Part shown: positions 20,554 to 32,639 of the stretch, in pieces
Layout of the letters: the number at the start of each line of letters is the position of its first letter
Numbering within the stretch: position 1 is the first letter of the stretch
Assembly (NCBI RefSeq): GCF_020745735.1
Contig: NC_083450.1
Span: forward strand, 10,785,883-10,849,882
Origin: Hemiscyllium ocellatum
Taxonomy: Eukaryota
Direction of reading: 5' to 3'
Length of the DNA stretch: 64,000 nucleotides
Program-made: the position numbers and the translations under genes
Notes under the pieces: model-generated
Database searches by the model: none
What the model was told of the DNA's origin: nothing
The model's input: only the letters and a program-made list of their open reading frames with translations

Positions 20554-23438
20554 CTCCGCGGGGGCATGGGAACCAGGACTGTAGCTTTAGGGTACAGGAC
20601 CTTGAGTGTAGGGAGGTTAGGAATAATGCAGCGATCTCTAAGGAGGGTGCCTGTAACCAGAAAGGTGGATTGAAGTGTGTATACTTCAATGCCAGAAGTA
20701 TAAGGAATAAGGTAGGTGAACTTGCAGCGTGGGTTGGTACCTGGGACTTCGATGTTGTGGCCATTACAGAGACGTGGGTAGAACAGGGACAAGAATGGCT
20801 GTTGCACGTTCCAGGGTTCAAATGTTTTAGTAGGATCAGACATGGGGGTAAAAAAGGGGGAGGCGTGGCATTACTTGTCAAAGACAGTATCACAGCAGTG
20901 GAATGGACGATGGAAGAGGACTTGCCATCTGAGGTAGTTTGGGCTGAGGTTAGAAATAGGAAAGGTGAGGTCACCCTGTTAGCTGTTTTCTACAGGCCTC
21001 CTAATAGTCCTAGAGAAGTAGAGGATAATATTGCGAGGATGATTCAGGAAAAGAGTGAAGGTAGCAGGGTGGTTGTTATGGGGGACTTTAACTTCCCAGA
21101 TATTGACTGGGAGAGCTATAGCTCGAGTTCATTAGATGGGTCGGTGTTTGTACAATGTGTGCAGGAGGGTTTCCTGACACAATATGTTGACAGGCCAACA
21201 AGAGGGGAGGCTATATTGGATTTGGTTCTAGGTAATGAACCAGGCCAGGTGTTAGACTTGGAGGTAGGTGAGCACTTCGGGGACAGTGACCACAACTCGG
21301 TGACTTTTACTTTAGTGATGGAGAGGGATAATCGTGCGCCGCAGGGCAAGAGCTATAGCTGGGGGCAGGGAAATTATGATGCAGTGAGGCATGACTTAGG
21401 TTGTGTGGATTGGAAAAACAGGCTTCAAGAGAAGAACACTAATGAGATGTGGGGATTGTTCAAGGAGCAGCTACTGCGTGTCCTCGATAGGTATGTACCA
21501 GTCAGGCATGGTGTAAAGGGCCTTGTGAGGCAGCCGTGGTTTAGTAAGGAATTGGAGTCCCTTGTGAAAGGGAAGAAGGCGGCATATGTAAAGATGAGGC
21601 GTGAAGGTTCAGTAGGGGCGATTGAGAGTTATAAGGTAGCCAGGAAGGAGCTAAAGAGGGAGCTAAGAGAAGCGAGAAGGGGACATGAAAAGTCTTTAGC
21701 TGGTAGGATTAGGGAAAACCCAAAGGCTTTCTATAGGTATGTCAAGAATAAAAGGATGACTAGGGTAGGTATCGGTCCAGTCAAGGATAGTAGTGGGAAG
21801 TTGTGTGTGGAGGCGGAGGAGATTGGAGAGACATTAAATCAGTACTTTTCATCAGTATTCACTCAGGAACAGGACACTGTTGCTGATGCGAATATGGAAT
21901 CACAAATAATTAGAATGGATGCCCTGGAAATATGCAGGGAAGAGGTTTTGGGAATATTGGAAAGGATGAATATAGATAAGTCTCCTGGGCCTGATGGCAT
22001 TTACCCCAGGATCCTATGGGAAGCTAGGGAGGAGATAGCAGAGCCATTGGCCTGGATTTTTATGTCGTCATTGTCAACGGGAATAGTACCAGAGGACTGG
22101 AGGATAGCGAATGTGGTCCCATTGTTCAAGAAAGGGAGTAGGGATAGCCCTAGTAACTATAGGCCAGTGAGTCTGACTTCAGTGGTGGGCAAAGTCTTAG
22201 AGAGAATGGTAAGGGATAAGATTTATGAACATCTGGGTAGGAATAACGTGATCAGGGATAGCCAGCATGGTTTTGTGAAGGGCAGGTCGTGCCTCACAAA
22301 CCTTATTGAGTTCTTTGAGAAGGTGACTATGGAAGTGGATGAGGGTAAAGCAGTAGATGTTGTGTATATGGATTTTAGTAAGGCGTTCGATAAGGTTCCC
22401 CATGGTAGGCTAATGCTAAAACTTCGGAGGTATGGCATTGAGGATACATTAGAGGTTTGGATTAGGAATTGGCTGGCTGGAAGGAGACAGAGGGTAGTAG
22501 TTGATGGATTATGTTCATCTTGGAGCGCAGTTACTAGCGGTGTACCACAAGGATCTGTTTTGGGACCATTGCTTTTTGTTATCTTTATAAATGATCTAGA
22601 GGAAGGACTTGAAAGCTGGGTAAGCAAGTTTGCGGATGACACGAAAGTCGGTGGAGTTGTGGATAGTGAGGAAGGAAGTGGTAGGTTACAGCGGGATATA
22701 GATAAGTTGCAGAGCTGGGCGGAAATGTGGCAAATGGAATTCAATGTAGCTAAGTGCGAAGTCGTTCACTTTGGTAGGAATAACAAGATGATGGATTACT
22801 GGGCTAATGGTAGGCTACTTGGTAGTGTGGATGAGCAGAGGGATCTTGGTGTCTATGTACACAGATCTCTGAAAGTTGCCACCCAGGTAAATAGTGCTGT
22901 GAGGAAGGCATATGGTGTACTGGGCTTTATTGGCAGAGGAATTGAGTTCCGGAGTCCTGAGGTCATATTGCAGTTGTATAAGACTCTGGTGAGGCCTCAT
23001 CTGGAGTATTGTGTGCAGTTTTGGTCGCCATACTATAGGAAGGATGTGGAAGCTTTAGAACGAGTGCAGAGGAGGTTTACCAGGATGTTGCCTGGAATGG
23101 TAGGAAAATCTTATGAGGAAAGGCTGAGGCACTTGGGGCTGTTCTCATTGGAGAAGAGAAGGTTTAGGGGAGATCTGATAGAAGTGTATAAGATGATTAG
23201 GGGTTTAGATAGGGTAGATACTAAGAACCTTTTACCGCTAATGGAGTCAGGTGTTACTAGGGGACATAGCTTTAAATTAAGGGGTGGTAGGTATAGGACA
23301 GATGTTAGGGGTAGATTCTTCACACAGCGGGTTGTGAGTTCATGGAATGCCCTGCCCGTATCAGTGGTGAACTCTCCTTCTTTATGTTCATTTAAGCGGG
23401 CATTGGATAGGCATTTGGAAGTTATTGGGCTAGTATAG
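20535..23438 (+). CDS. CR1 ORF2: apurinic-like endonuclease plus reverse transcriptase
   Basis: 967 uninterrupted codons; APE motifs FNARS, ITETW, YRPP, GDFNFP, SDH; RT motifs YMDFSKAFDKVPH, GVPQGSVLGPLLF, FADD. Confidence 0.97.
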   Translation: MGGFKLTPRGHGNQDCSFRVQDLECREVRNNAAISKEGACNQKGGLKCVYFNARSIRNKVGELAAWVGTWDFDVVAITETWVEQGQEWLLHVPGFKCFSRIRHGGKKGGGVALLVKDSITAVEWTMEEDLPSEVVWAEVRNRKGEVTLLAVFYRPPNSPREVEDNIARMIQEKSEGSRVVVMGDFNFPDIDWESYSSSSLDGSVFVQCVQEGFLTQYVDRPTRGEAILDLVLGNEPGQVLDLEVGEHFGDSDHNSVTFTLVMERDNRAPQGKSYSWGQGNYDAVRHDLGCVDWKNRLQEKNTNEMWGLFKEQLLRVLDRYVPVRHGVKGLVRQPWFSKELESLVKGKKAAYVKMRREGSVGAIESYKVARKELKRELREARRGHEKSLAGRIRENPKAFYRYVKNKRMTRVGIGPVKDSSGKLCVEAEEIGETLNQYFSSVFTQEQDTVADANMESQIIRMDALEICREEVLGILERMNIDKSPGPDGIYPRILWEAREEIAEPLAWIFMSSLSTGIVPEDWRIANVVPLFKKGSRDSPSNYRPVSLTSVVGKVLERMVRDKIYEHLGRNNVIRDSQHGFVKGRSCLTNLIEFFEKVTMEVDEGKAVDVVYMDFSKAFDKVPHGRLMLKLRRYGIEDTLEVWIRNWLAGRRQRVVVDGLCSSWSAVTSGVPQGSVLGPLLFVIFINDLEEGLESWVSKFADDTKVGGVVDSEEGSGRLQRDIDKLQSWAEMWQMEFNVAKCEVVHFGRNNKMMDYWANGRLLGSVDEQRDLGVYVHRSLKVATQVNSAVRKAYGVLGFIGRGIEFRSPEVILQLYKTLVRPHLEYCVQFWSPYYRKDVEALERVQRRFTRMLPGMVGKSYEERLRHLGLFSLEKRRFRGDLIEVYKMIRGLDRVDTKNLLPLMESGVTRGHSFKLRGGRYRTDVRGRFFTQRVVSSWNALPVSVVNSPSLCSFKRALDRHLEVIGLV

Positions 23439-23889
23439 GTTAGGTAGGACTCGGTCGGCGCAACATCGAGGGCCGAAGGGCCTGTACTGCGCTGTATCCT
23501 TCTATGTTCTATGTTCTATGTTCTATTCTTTGCAACAATTTCCACCACAGTGTTTAAGCTAAATCTTCTGTAATTTTATGTATTTTTATTCTCAAAAAGT
23601 CAGTGTGACGTGTGCAATTTTCCAATCGAAAGGCATGATGCATAAGCGTGAGAAACACAGAAAGAAGAGACCGTAAATTGATTCTTAAACAAGAACTTGG
23701 AGTCATCATGGTAGAGTAGATTTCACAAGGTTTGAATTTAGTCGGGAGTTCATGTGTGCCGGTGTGTAATGTTAATAAGAGTGAGCTTTGTGTAATGTGA
23801 TGAACTGAGAGAGACTGTCTTTCCCTGAAATAATGACAAACACACAACACTGTGTAGCAGCGTTTTTAAATTCACTTTGTAGAACGTGG

Positions 23890-24630
23890 GATTCACTGGT
23901 TGACCAGAATTTACTGTCCATTCCGAGTTACTCTGGAGAAGTTGCTGGTGAGCTGCCTTCTTGAACAACTGCAGTCCACCTGCTGTGGGTTGACCCACAA
24001 TGCCATCAGGGAGGGAATTCCAAAATTTTGACCAAGCAACAAAGAAGGAAAGGCTATATATTCCTAAGTCAGGATAGTCAATGACTTGGAGAGGATCTTG
24101 AAGGTGGTGGTTTTTCAATATAGTCGTTGTCCTTGCCTATTAGATGGAAATGCTTATGGGTTAGGAAGATGCTGTCTGCTGATCTTTGATGAATTTCTGC
24201 TGTGCATCTTTTAAATAGAGCATAATGCTGCTATTGAGTTTCGATGTTGCAAAGTGTGGATGCATCACTGATCAAACAGGATGGTATGACCTGGATGATG
24301 TCAAGCTTCTTGATTGTTGTTGAGGCTGCACTCATCCAGGAAAGGGGGGAATATTCCATCACACTCCCGACTTGGGACTTGTCAGTCTTTGAGGAATCAG
24401 GAGGTGAGTTACTTACTGAAGTATTCTTACATTCTGACTGGCTCTCGTAGACAGTATTTTTAATTTGGTGAGTCCAGTTGGGTTTCTTGTCAATGGTAAC
24501 CTCCCACGATGTTGGTAGTGTGAGGACCCCATGATAGTAACACCATTGAAAGCCAAGGGAGGAGCTTAACCCCTTCTTATTCATGATGTTCATAGTCTGG
24601 CATTTGTGTGGTGCGAATGTTACTTGTCAG
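23890..24630 (-). mobile_element. Decayed non-LTR retrotransposon C-terminal fragment from a different family
   Basis: MEYSPLSWMSAASTTIKKLDIIQ in ORF 24231-24593 is a LINE ORF2 C-terminal pattern. Confidence 0.6.
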
Positions 24631-25020
24631 TGTGGTTGTGTACTTACATATTTGCGTGTTTGTGATGAAATGCCTGTGTGCATGTGTGTTCGTATGTGTA
24701 TGTGCTTGTATCCATGTATATGTTTCTCTGTAATGTCTTGAGAACACGTTTGTATCGGAGTTTGTGATGGCATGTCGTGGTGTTACGATGTGTGGGAGAT
24801 AGAGAATAAATATGTGTATGAGCACGACTGGAAGTGCGGGTGGGTGTAAGTGTAAAAGTAAGACACTGTTTCTGCGAGAGTGTGGGAGACAGAGAGGGAG
24901 ACTGTGTGTGTATATGTGTGTGTGTGCATGAATTGTGATAATGTGTGGCGTGGCCTAATATAGTGTGAGCGTGAGATGAGATAATCTGTGAATGTGGAGA
25001 GTGACTAAATGAAACGCAAA
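24630..25020. repeat. TG/CA-rich low-complexity region
   Basis: Degenerate (TG)n composition; source of the spurious H/T-rich ORFs. Confidence 0.8.
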
Positions 25021-25859
25021 CTCTCTTTTTCACCAAAGTAACCTGCAGGAGGAGGGCAAGACTGACATCATGCTCATCAAGGAGAAAGTGAAGACTGCAG
25101 ATGCTGGAGATCAGAGCTCATGCCCGAAACGTCGATTCTCCTGCTTCTTGGATGCTGCCTGACCTGCTGCGCTTTTCACTTGAAGCTCAGCCAGTCTGGA
25201 AAGCAAACACAAACTATTATATTTTCTCTGTATTGTAAAGCGAGAGTCTAGAAACTAAAATGAATAAGATTAATGGAATTTCAATGGAGTTCAGTGATTC
25301 AAAGTCTGAAGATCAGTACATACTTTCGATTTGTTTGCATTGGGAAATGATGTAACAACTTTACCTGGTTTGTTGAACCCATTCTTGGATCTGTATCCCA
25401 AAAATTCCAACTTGAGCTATGATAGGATAATGGACACGTATTCATTTGAACTACGAAAAGTGAAATGAGACCCTATTGAAATAATGATGACGAAGTCAGC
25501 CAGTTTTCATGCGTGGAGAATGTGTTGCCTAGGTGCAGAAGTTTGGGCGAAGGGTCACATTTTGAGTATTATGAGACATCGATATAAGTGTCAGGTAAGG
25601 ATGTGTTTCTTCATTCAGATTTTAATGGAAGTACGGAATTCATTACATCATAGTCTAGGACTTCTTAGTTATTCATTATATTCGATGACAAGTTTCCCTG
25701 ATTTCGTTGTTTAAAGTGATTTATTAGCATTTGGACAATGTCAAAAGATTTACTTTTATTCGAGTGTTCTTATTAAATGACAACGTACCGTAGGATCCCT
25801 GTTATCTGGAAGCTATCAAGTCCCTACTACCACTGCGAAGAGCATCCCACTTAGACGCA

Positions 25860-26070
25860 GTGCATATCGATTCCTTGTCATTCTCCATTTCCACGGCTTC
25901 TCCACCTAGTCTGCATATCTCTGGGCTGTGGGAGGAAACTGGAAACTGTGAGAGGAAACATCACAGATATGGGGAGAATGTGCAGACTTCACACAGACAG
26001 TTCCCTGAAGCTGGAATGAAATGATAGTTCTTGACATTGTGGGTCAACATTGCTAACCACTGAGCCACCG
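25860..26070 (-). mobile_element. Decayed tRNA-derived SINE
   Basis: gctaaccactgagccaccg is the reverse complement of the SINE head. Confidence 0.7.
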
Positions 26071-26114
26071 AAACACACTGCCACTCAATAATATTGTTAA
26101 AGGTTACCATTCTT

Positions 26115-26176
26115 TGAAAATATATTCGTGAAAATATATTTGAAAATATATTCGTGAAAATATATTTGAAAATATT
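26115..26176. repeat. Short tandem repeat with a 26-bp unit (tgaaaatatattcg-tgaaaatatatt), 2 copies plus a partial
   Basis: Seen directly. Confidence 0.85.
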
Positions 26177-26199
26177 TTTACGATTATACGGTGGTTCAG

Positions 26200-27320
26200 T
26201 CGAAGGACGTTTTCTACATGGAATTTACTGAAGCTTTTTCAAGGTTCCGCATGCTAGATTGGTCCAGAAGATGAAATTTAAATTTAACAGAAATGTCTTG
26301 GTCACAGAATAGTAGAGGAGGTGTTTTTTTCTCTCTCTCTTTCTGAAGTTCTACGATAACTGGCATTCCACAAGGATCAGCGCTGGGACTACTACTGTTT
26401 GCAATTCATATAAATTATTTGAATGAAAATGTCAGAGGCCTGATTAACAAAGTTGAAGATGATATAAAAATTAATGGAATTGTAGGTAGAGAGTGAGGAT
26501 CTGAAAGGATATAGATCAGTTGGGTGATTAGGCAGAGAAATAGCAGATGGTCTTTAATCCAGACAAGTATGAGGTGATATATGTTGGGAATTCAAGTGCA
26601 AAAGGAAAATTTGCTGTAAATTTTTGGACCATTAGGAGCATTGATATGTACGGGAATCTTGAAGTCCGAGTCCATACCTCCCCGAATTTGGCAAATCAAG
26701 TGGATAAGACGGTAAAAAAGGCACAAGGCATGCTTGCTTTCATCAGTCAAGGCATTGCGTTGAGTATTTGGCAAGTTGGAGTACAACAGTATAAGATTTT
26801 GTCAGGCCACACTTGGGGCACTGTGCCCAATTTTTGTGGCTTCACTACAGAAAGGATGTGTAAGCTTTGGAGAAGGTAAACGTGGTTGAACAGGATTTGC
26901 TTAGATTGGAGTCCGTGTAATTTAAGGGAAGGTTGGACAATCTTGGATTGTTTCTTTAGAGCTTCAGACGCTGATGGATAATCTGATAGAATTACAAAAT
27001 GTTATGAGGGGTATTGACAGATTGATAGTCATCTCTGTCCACAGGATGGAAATGTCATAGTTTGCATAGGTTCAAGGTGAAAGTGCAGAAGATTAAAGGA
27101 GAAGTGTAAGTTTCTACACAGAGCGCGGTAAGTGCTTGGAATCACTGCCAGGGACGGTAATAGAAGAAGATTCAATAGCAATTTTTAAGTGGTGTTTAGA
27201 CAGATGCATGAACAGGTAGAGAACAAAGGGATACTGGACTTGTTCAGCCAAATAGGAGTAGTTTAGAATACAATTATGGTCATTGCATACATGATGGTTT
27301 GAAGGACCTGTTCTCCAGTA
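26200..27320 (+). mobile_element. Decayed CR1 RT and 3' end
   Basis: FNPDKYEVI...KKAQGMLAFISQGI (ORF 26547-26879). Confidence 0.8.
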
Positions 27321-27624
27321 TACTTCATTATAAATTCTCAGGAGGGATTTGAAAATCAGCATTTAAACGTTACAACACCAGGTAATTTAAAACAAAAACT
27401 GGTTCAGATGGAGAGTACAGTACAGGATGCCAGGATGCCAGGAGAAACTCCTGACATACATGAAAATAAATCATGTCACAAGGTGATGATGCAACTAAAC
27501 ATGACGACCTGCATGCCAATCAATGTAACCAGTAAACAATACACAGAGCTGAGCGAATCCACAGCTAACAGATGACAACTAATCTCTGTGGTACTGTAAC
27601 ATCCAGTCATGTGAGGCAGTGACG

Positions 27625-27925
27625 AGTGTTTTTAATAGAACCCCTATACTGTGGAAGAAGGCCCATCGAGTCCTCATCAATCGCCAAAAGAGAGGTATCC
27701 CTCCCAGACACATCTGTGTACCCTATAGCCTTGCATTTCTCATATTCAATACACATCCCTGGTTACTATGGTCGCTTAGCATGACCAACCCACTTGACTT
27801 GCACATCTTTGGACTATAGGAAAAAATAGAGCGACAGTGGAAGTCCACACAGACACGGGGGAATATGCACACTGTATGCAGATTGTTTGCAAACACTGTG
27901 ATGTAGCAGTGCTAATCACTAAACA
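27625..27925 (-). mobile_element. Decayed tRNA-derived SINE
   Basis: Body similar to the other copies (gcacatctttggact; gcagtgctaatcact). Confidence 0.6.
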
Positions 27926-28099
27926 ACCCCGAAAGCCTGATGAGCATCAAAGTGTTCACACGTATAAATATAGATTGACTTGAAGACCGAATATTTGATT
28001 TGTGTAGTTACTTTAGTGGTAGTGAAAGAAGCATAAGCACACTCCTGAAGTAATTCGCATGTAGCAGTAATCTTCGAGTTGGAGTAAGCATTTCTGGCA

Positions 28100-29560
28100 T
28101 CACGTGGTTAGCTTGGAAGCTTGACACATCCTGTCATCGAAGATCTAGCCCAGTGTGTGGAACCAGTGTATGTTTTCTTTTCCCCAGCAAAGTCATTGAA
28201 GCAGTTGAAATTTTAAAAAATCCTTCTCCTGACAGCTTTAGGAACCTTAGGTTATCATTTGCTATTCGGTTAACGTCTCCTGAGGCAGCAGATACTGAAA
28301 CCTTTGAAGCATTGACAGATTTAGTTTAGGAATATTACGACCCCGAGTACCTTCTAATTTGAAGCAGCTATTGGATTTACTCAGCCAATCGAAGACTTTG
28401 GAAGCCATCTCAGGATTTTAGACGAGGTTAGGATGACTAGCCAAAGTATCCGTCGTAGGCTGACAGCATTTATTGCCCGTTCATATTCCCATTGAGAAGT
28501 TGTTGCTGAGTTAGCATCTTGAGCCACTGTACAAGACCTGCTGTTCATTGGCCCACAAGCCATTTGGGTTGGATGCAGAGAGACCATTCGGTATATGGGA
28601 ATAATTATGTGACTCTGCAAAACCTCCGAGAAGCTCAGGTAAAACTGGACTTCAAACAGGAATCAAAACAGGTTTTAACATTGGAGCTCGTGCTGTATAT
28701 GAATTACAATGAATGCCGATGCAATTGGAGACCTTTGCCAGGCCGACTGAACTTAGGGGACACCTCTTATATGATGGCATTGCACAGTTCAGGACGACGC
28801 TCTGCCAGCCCAGAGCAAAAGTCCCAAACAAAGCCAAGTCTCGGCCATACAGCTACCGCTTCCCGGGGGATCCTTGCCAGCAATCTCTTGTAGTTGCTGC
28901 CAATAAAGCAGAACAGTACTACAGAATACGCCTGAATTGGCAGCGAGAACTCACAGACATATATCCAGGAGAGGCATACCGTGGAATGTCCACGTACAAC
29001 TGTCTTGGAGTTGTTAATTTGGTTACCAAAGTTCAAAACTGAATCATTTAAAATAAATGTCCGTTTAATCAGTCACCTGGTTCAAATTGTGGTTGATAAT
29101 GGCGTGGCTGCACAAGTGGTTACAGATCAAGTCTTTAACAAACTTCGCTGTGGACTACAGCTCTAAAGTTTGCATAAGACTTCAATACCTGCTGCCGCTG
29201 AATGCTTACTTCGTGTGAGTTGTCGACAAGGACACAGCTGGACTGAAAACTGAAACTGGGGAACGCTTATAGATTGATGGTATAACTTTGGTTCTGGTCT
29301 CACGTCAGAAGCAATTGGTTCAGTTAACATTGATTGTAGTAATAAGCTAAGGCCCAACTGTTATGGAGTGAAATTGATTGATAAACATTCATCTTGTTTG
29401 GTTCAAGAATTTTCAATTTAAAAATATCCGCCTGAGTGAAGTTTGAATTAAGTACCTGAAGTATTTTTAGGATAGTCTGGGGACTATCAAAGGAGTCAGG
29501 CCTCCTTGTGTATTGATCAGCGATAAATTCCTTGATTTTGGAAGGCCTACTCAGTGTAAT
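28100..29560 (+). mobile_element. Decayed Ty3/Gypsy gag-protease remnant
   Basis: SPEAADTETFEALTDLV*EYYDP (gag), IVVDNGVAAQVV (decayed protease DTG motif), LGTIKGV linker. Confidence 0.7.
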
Positions 29561-29569
29561 TTACAGATA

Positions 29570-31225
29570 GAACATAGAAAATAGAACATCGAAAAATACA
29601 GCACAGAACAGGCCCTTCGGCCCACGATGTTGTGCCGAACATCTATCCTAGATTAAGCACCCATCCATGTACCTATCCAATTGCCGCTTAAAGGTCGCCA
29701 ATGATTCTGACTCTACCACTCCCATGGGCAGCACATTCCGTGCCTCCACCACTCTCTGGGTAAAGAACCCACCCCTGACATCTCCCCTATACCTTCCACC
29801 CTTCACCTTAAATTTATGTCCCCTTGTAACACTCTGTTGTACCCGGGAAAAGGTTTCTGACTGTCTACTCTATCTATTCCTCTGATCATCTTATAAACCT
29901 CTATCAAGTCACCCCTCATCCTTCGCTGTTCCAATGAGAAAAGGCCGAGAACTCTCAACCTATCCTCGTACGACCTATTGTCCATTACAGGCAACATCCT
30001 GGTAAATCTTCTCTGCACCCTCTCCAAAGCTTCCACATCTTTCCTAAAGTGAGGCGACCAGAACTGCACACAGTACTCCAAATGTAGCCTAACCAAAGTC
30101 CTGTACAGCTGCAACATCACTTCACGACTCTTGAATTCAATCCCTCTGCTAATGAACGCTAATACACCATAGGCCTTCTTACAAGCTCTATCCACCTCAG
30201 TGGCAACTTTCAAAGATCTATGTACTAGACCCCAAGATCCCTCTGTTCCTCCACCTGACTAAGAACCCTACCGTTAACCCTGTATTCCGCATTCTTATTT
30301 GTTCTTCCAAAATGGACAACCTCACACTTGGCAGGGTTGAACTCCATCTGCCACTCCTCAGCCCAGCTCTGCATCATATCTGAGTCCCTTTGCAGCCGAC
30401 AACAGCCCTCCTCACTGTCCACAACTCCACGAATCTTCGTGTCATCTGCAAATTTACTGACCCACCCTTCGACTCCCTCATCCAAGTCATTAATAAAAAT
30501 TACAAACAGCAGTGGACCCAGAACTGATCCCTGCAGAACTCCACTTGTAACTGGGCTCCAGGCTGAATATTTACCATCTACCACCACTCTCTGACTTCGA
30601 CCGGTTAGCCAGTTTTCAATCCAATTGGCAAAATTTCCCTCTATCCCATGCCTCCTGACTTTCCACATAAGCCTACCATGGGGAACCTTATCAAATGCCT
30701 TACTAAAATCTATGTACACTACATCCACTGCTCTACCCTCATCCACATGCTTGGTCACCTCCTCAAAGAATTCAATAAGACTTGTAAGGCAAGACCTACC
30801 CTTCACAAATCCGTGCTGGCTGTCCCTAATCAAGCAGTGTCTTTCCAGATACTCATAAATCCTATCCCTCAGTACCCTTTCCATTATTTTGCCTACCACA
30901 GAAGTAAGACTAACTGGCCTGTAATTCCCGGGGTTATCCCTATTCCCTTTTTTGAACAGGGGCACAACATTCGCTACTCTCCAGTACCCTGGTACCACCC
31001 CCGTTGTCAGTGAAGACGAAAAGGTCATTGCCAACGGTACTTCAATTTCTTCTCTTGCTTCCCACATAATCCTAGGATATATCCCGTCAGGCCCGGGGGA
31101 CTTGTCTATCCTCAAGTTGTTCAAAATGTCCAACACATCTTCCTTCCTAACAAGTATCTCTTCTAGCTTACCAGTCCGTTTCACACTCTCCTCTTCAAAA
31201 ATACGGTCCCTCGCGTTCGTAAATA
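29570..31225 (-). mobile_element. 5'-truncated, fairly young CR1 LINE with one frameshift near 30225
   Basis: ORFs 30225-31307 and 29803-30213 together give a contiguous RT and C-terminus; tail at about 29570-29600. Confidence 0.95.
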
Positions 31226-32639
31226 CAAGAGTGTCATAGGTTCTGTTCACTCTGAGAGTGAGCTGGGAGGACGCTGGACCTGTGTCAAGTGTTATGCACA
31301 AGTACATAAAATGTGACTTGGTGACGAGATACTAGCCTTTGTCGTATAATTTTAGCAAGCATACTGCACTCTCTACCTTATCTCAAACCTTATGCTTTGT
31401 TACTTCACCAGCCAACGAACGTACATTTTACATTTCATGGCATTTCTTCCCTCCATAAGTTCTTAAGAAGTGTCAACTCAGATTCGAAACATTAACTCTG
31501 TTCCCTAATAAGTAACATTGCCAGACTAGAGGACTGTTTCTCGATATTTCCGAAACTCTTATGGTTATGGAACATCATATCCCCTCGACATTATCCAGTG
31601 TGTAGCAATAGCAGGTTTCTCTGTTCTTCTCTCATTTTACTTCTCGTTGTCGTTTGTCTGCTCATTTCGGCATTACACCCTCGCTCATCTCTATTCCTTT
31701 ATGTTATATGCATTAAATAATAAAAATTAAACAATTCTATATTATTGTTTTCATTAATATTCATTATGGATTGGTACAAAACTTGATATGCACAGAGGAC
31801 ATATATATTTAAACCGATTCAAATTAGACAATGTTCCTTCCCTAAAATATGAGTGTGCACATTCACTTTTTTTTAAACAAACTTTCTGTAGGCATGTTTG
31901 AATAAATTAATGTGCAGCTTCATTGAGATCTATTCATAGAAAATGAACAGCAGGCATTCCAGTTTAAATTTGCAGACTTTAAGTTTGTAATTACCAAAAC
32001 TCACGCTATCACCAAAATATGATACTTGAAATTTGTGGAAATATGATGTTGCTTTTTGTATTGACATTAACCTCTCTTTATTTTCTTTTTACAGCTCCCA
32101 ATCTTGTACTTTCTTTATTTTATATTTACCCATCTTATCGGTACCATCATTGCTCCATCACCATGCATACTAAACCTTGCCACCTGATGTCTTCACTTTC
32201 ATCTCTATCCAGTTCCGATCTTTGCTCGCATCTACATTCTCTTTCTCTTCTCTCAATTCTTATGAGAGTTTATTATTGTTTTATCAAATTTCAATATTTT
32301 TAGAACATTGCCTTGCATTTTCCTCTCCCACTTAACAGAAGATTCGGTGTAATGCTCTGAATCACTTCGTTCCTTCCAGTCTTTCTCCCACATTCACAGT
32401 AGAATTTTCAACCCAACGTTAATTGTTTTCACATTCTGGACCATTTTCATCATGCAAACTGCAATATCTGAGCCGGAGGTAATCGACAGTTATTGGAACC
32501 ACAATTTGCGACATAAGCAAATGACTTAGAATGAGTGTGCTCTCCAAAAATAACTTCAGACCAATATCGATCCATTGCATTTTGAAACAACACAATGGGG
32601 AACAGAGAGCTTTAGAATCAATTAAATACATATTGTGCT

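Larger units (their letters stand above)
19819..23526 (+). mobile_element. Young CR1 LINE, 5'-truncated within ORF1, with intact ORF2
   Basis: ORF1, ORF2, short 3' UTR and (TTCTATG)n tail ending at about 23526. Confidence 0.97.

Noticed and set aside
20019-23323. Many antisense ORFs over the CR1 (also at 54749-55875 and 30328-31239)
   Set aside because: Shadows of the long sense ORFs; identical repeats simply reflect the duplicated element.
25455-25467. IRF-type motif GAAAAGTGAAA
   Set aside because: Isolated short motif over 20 kb from the only gene; expected by chance.
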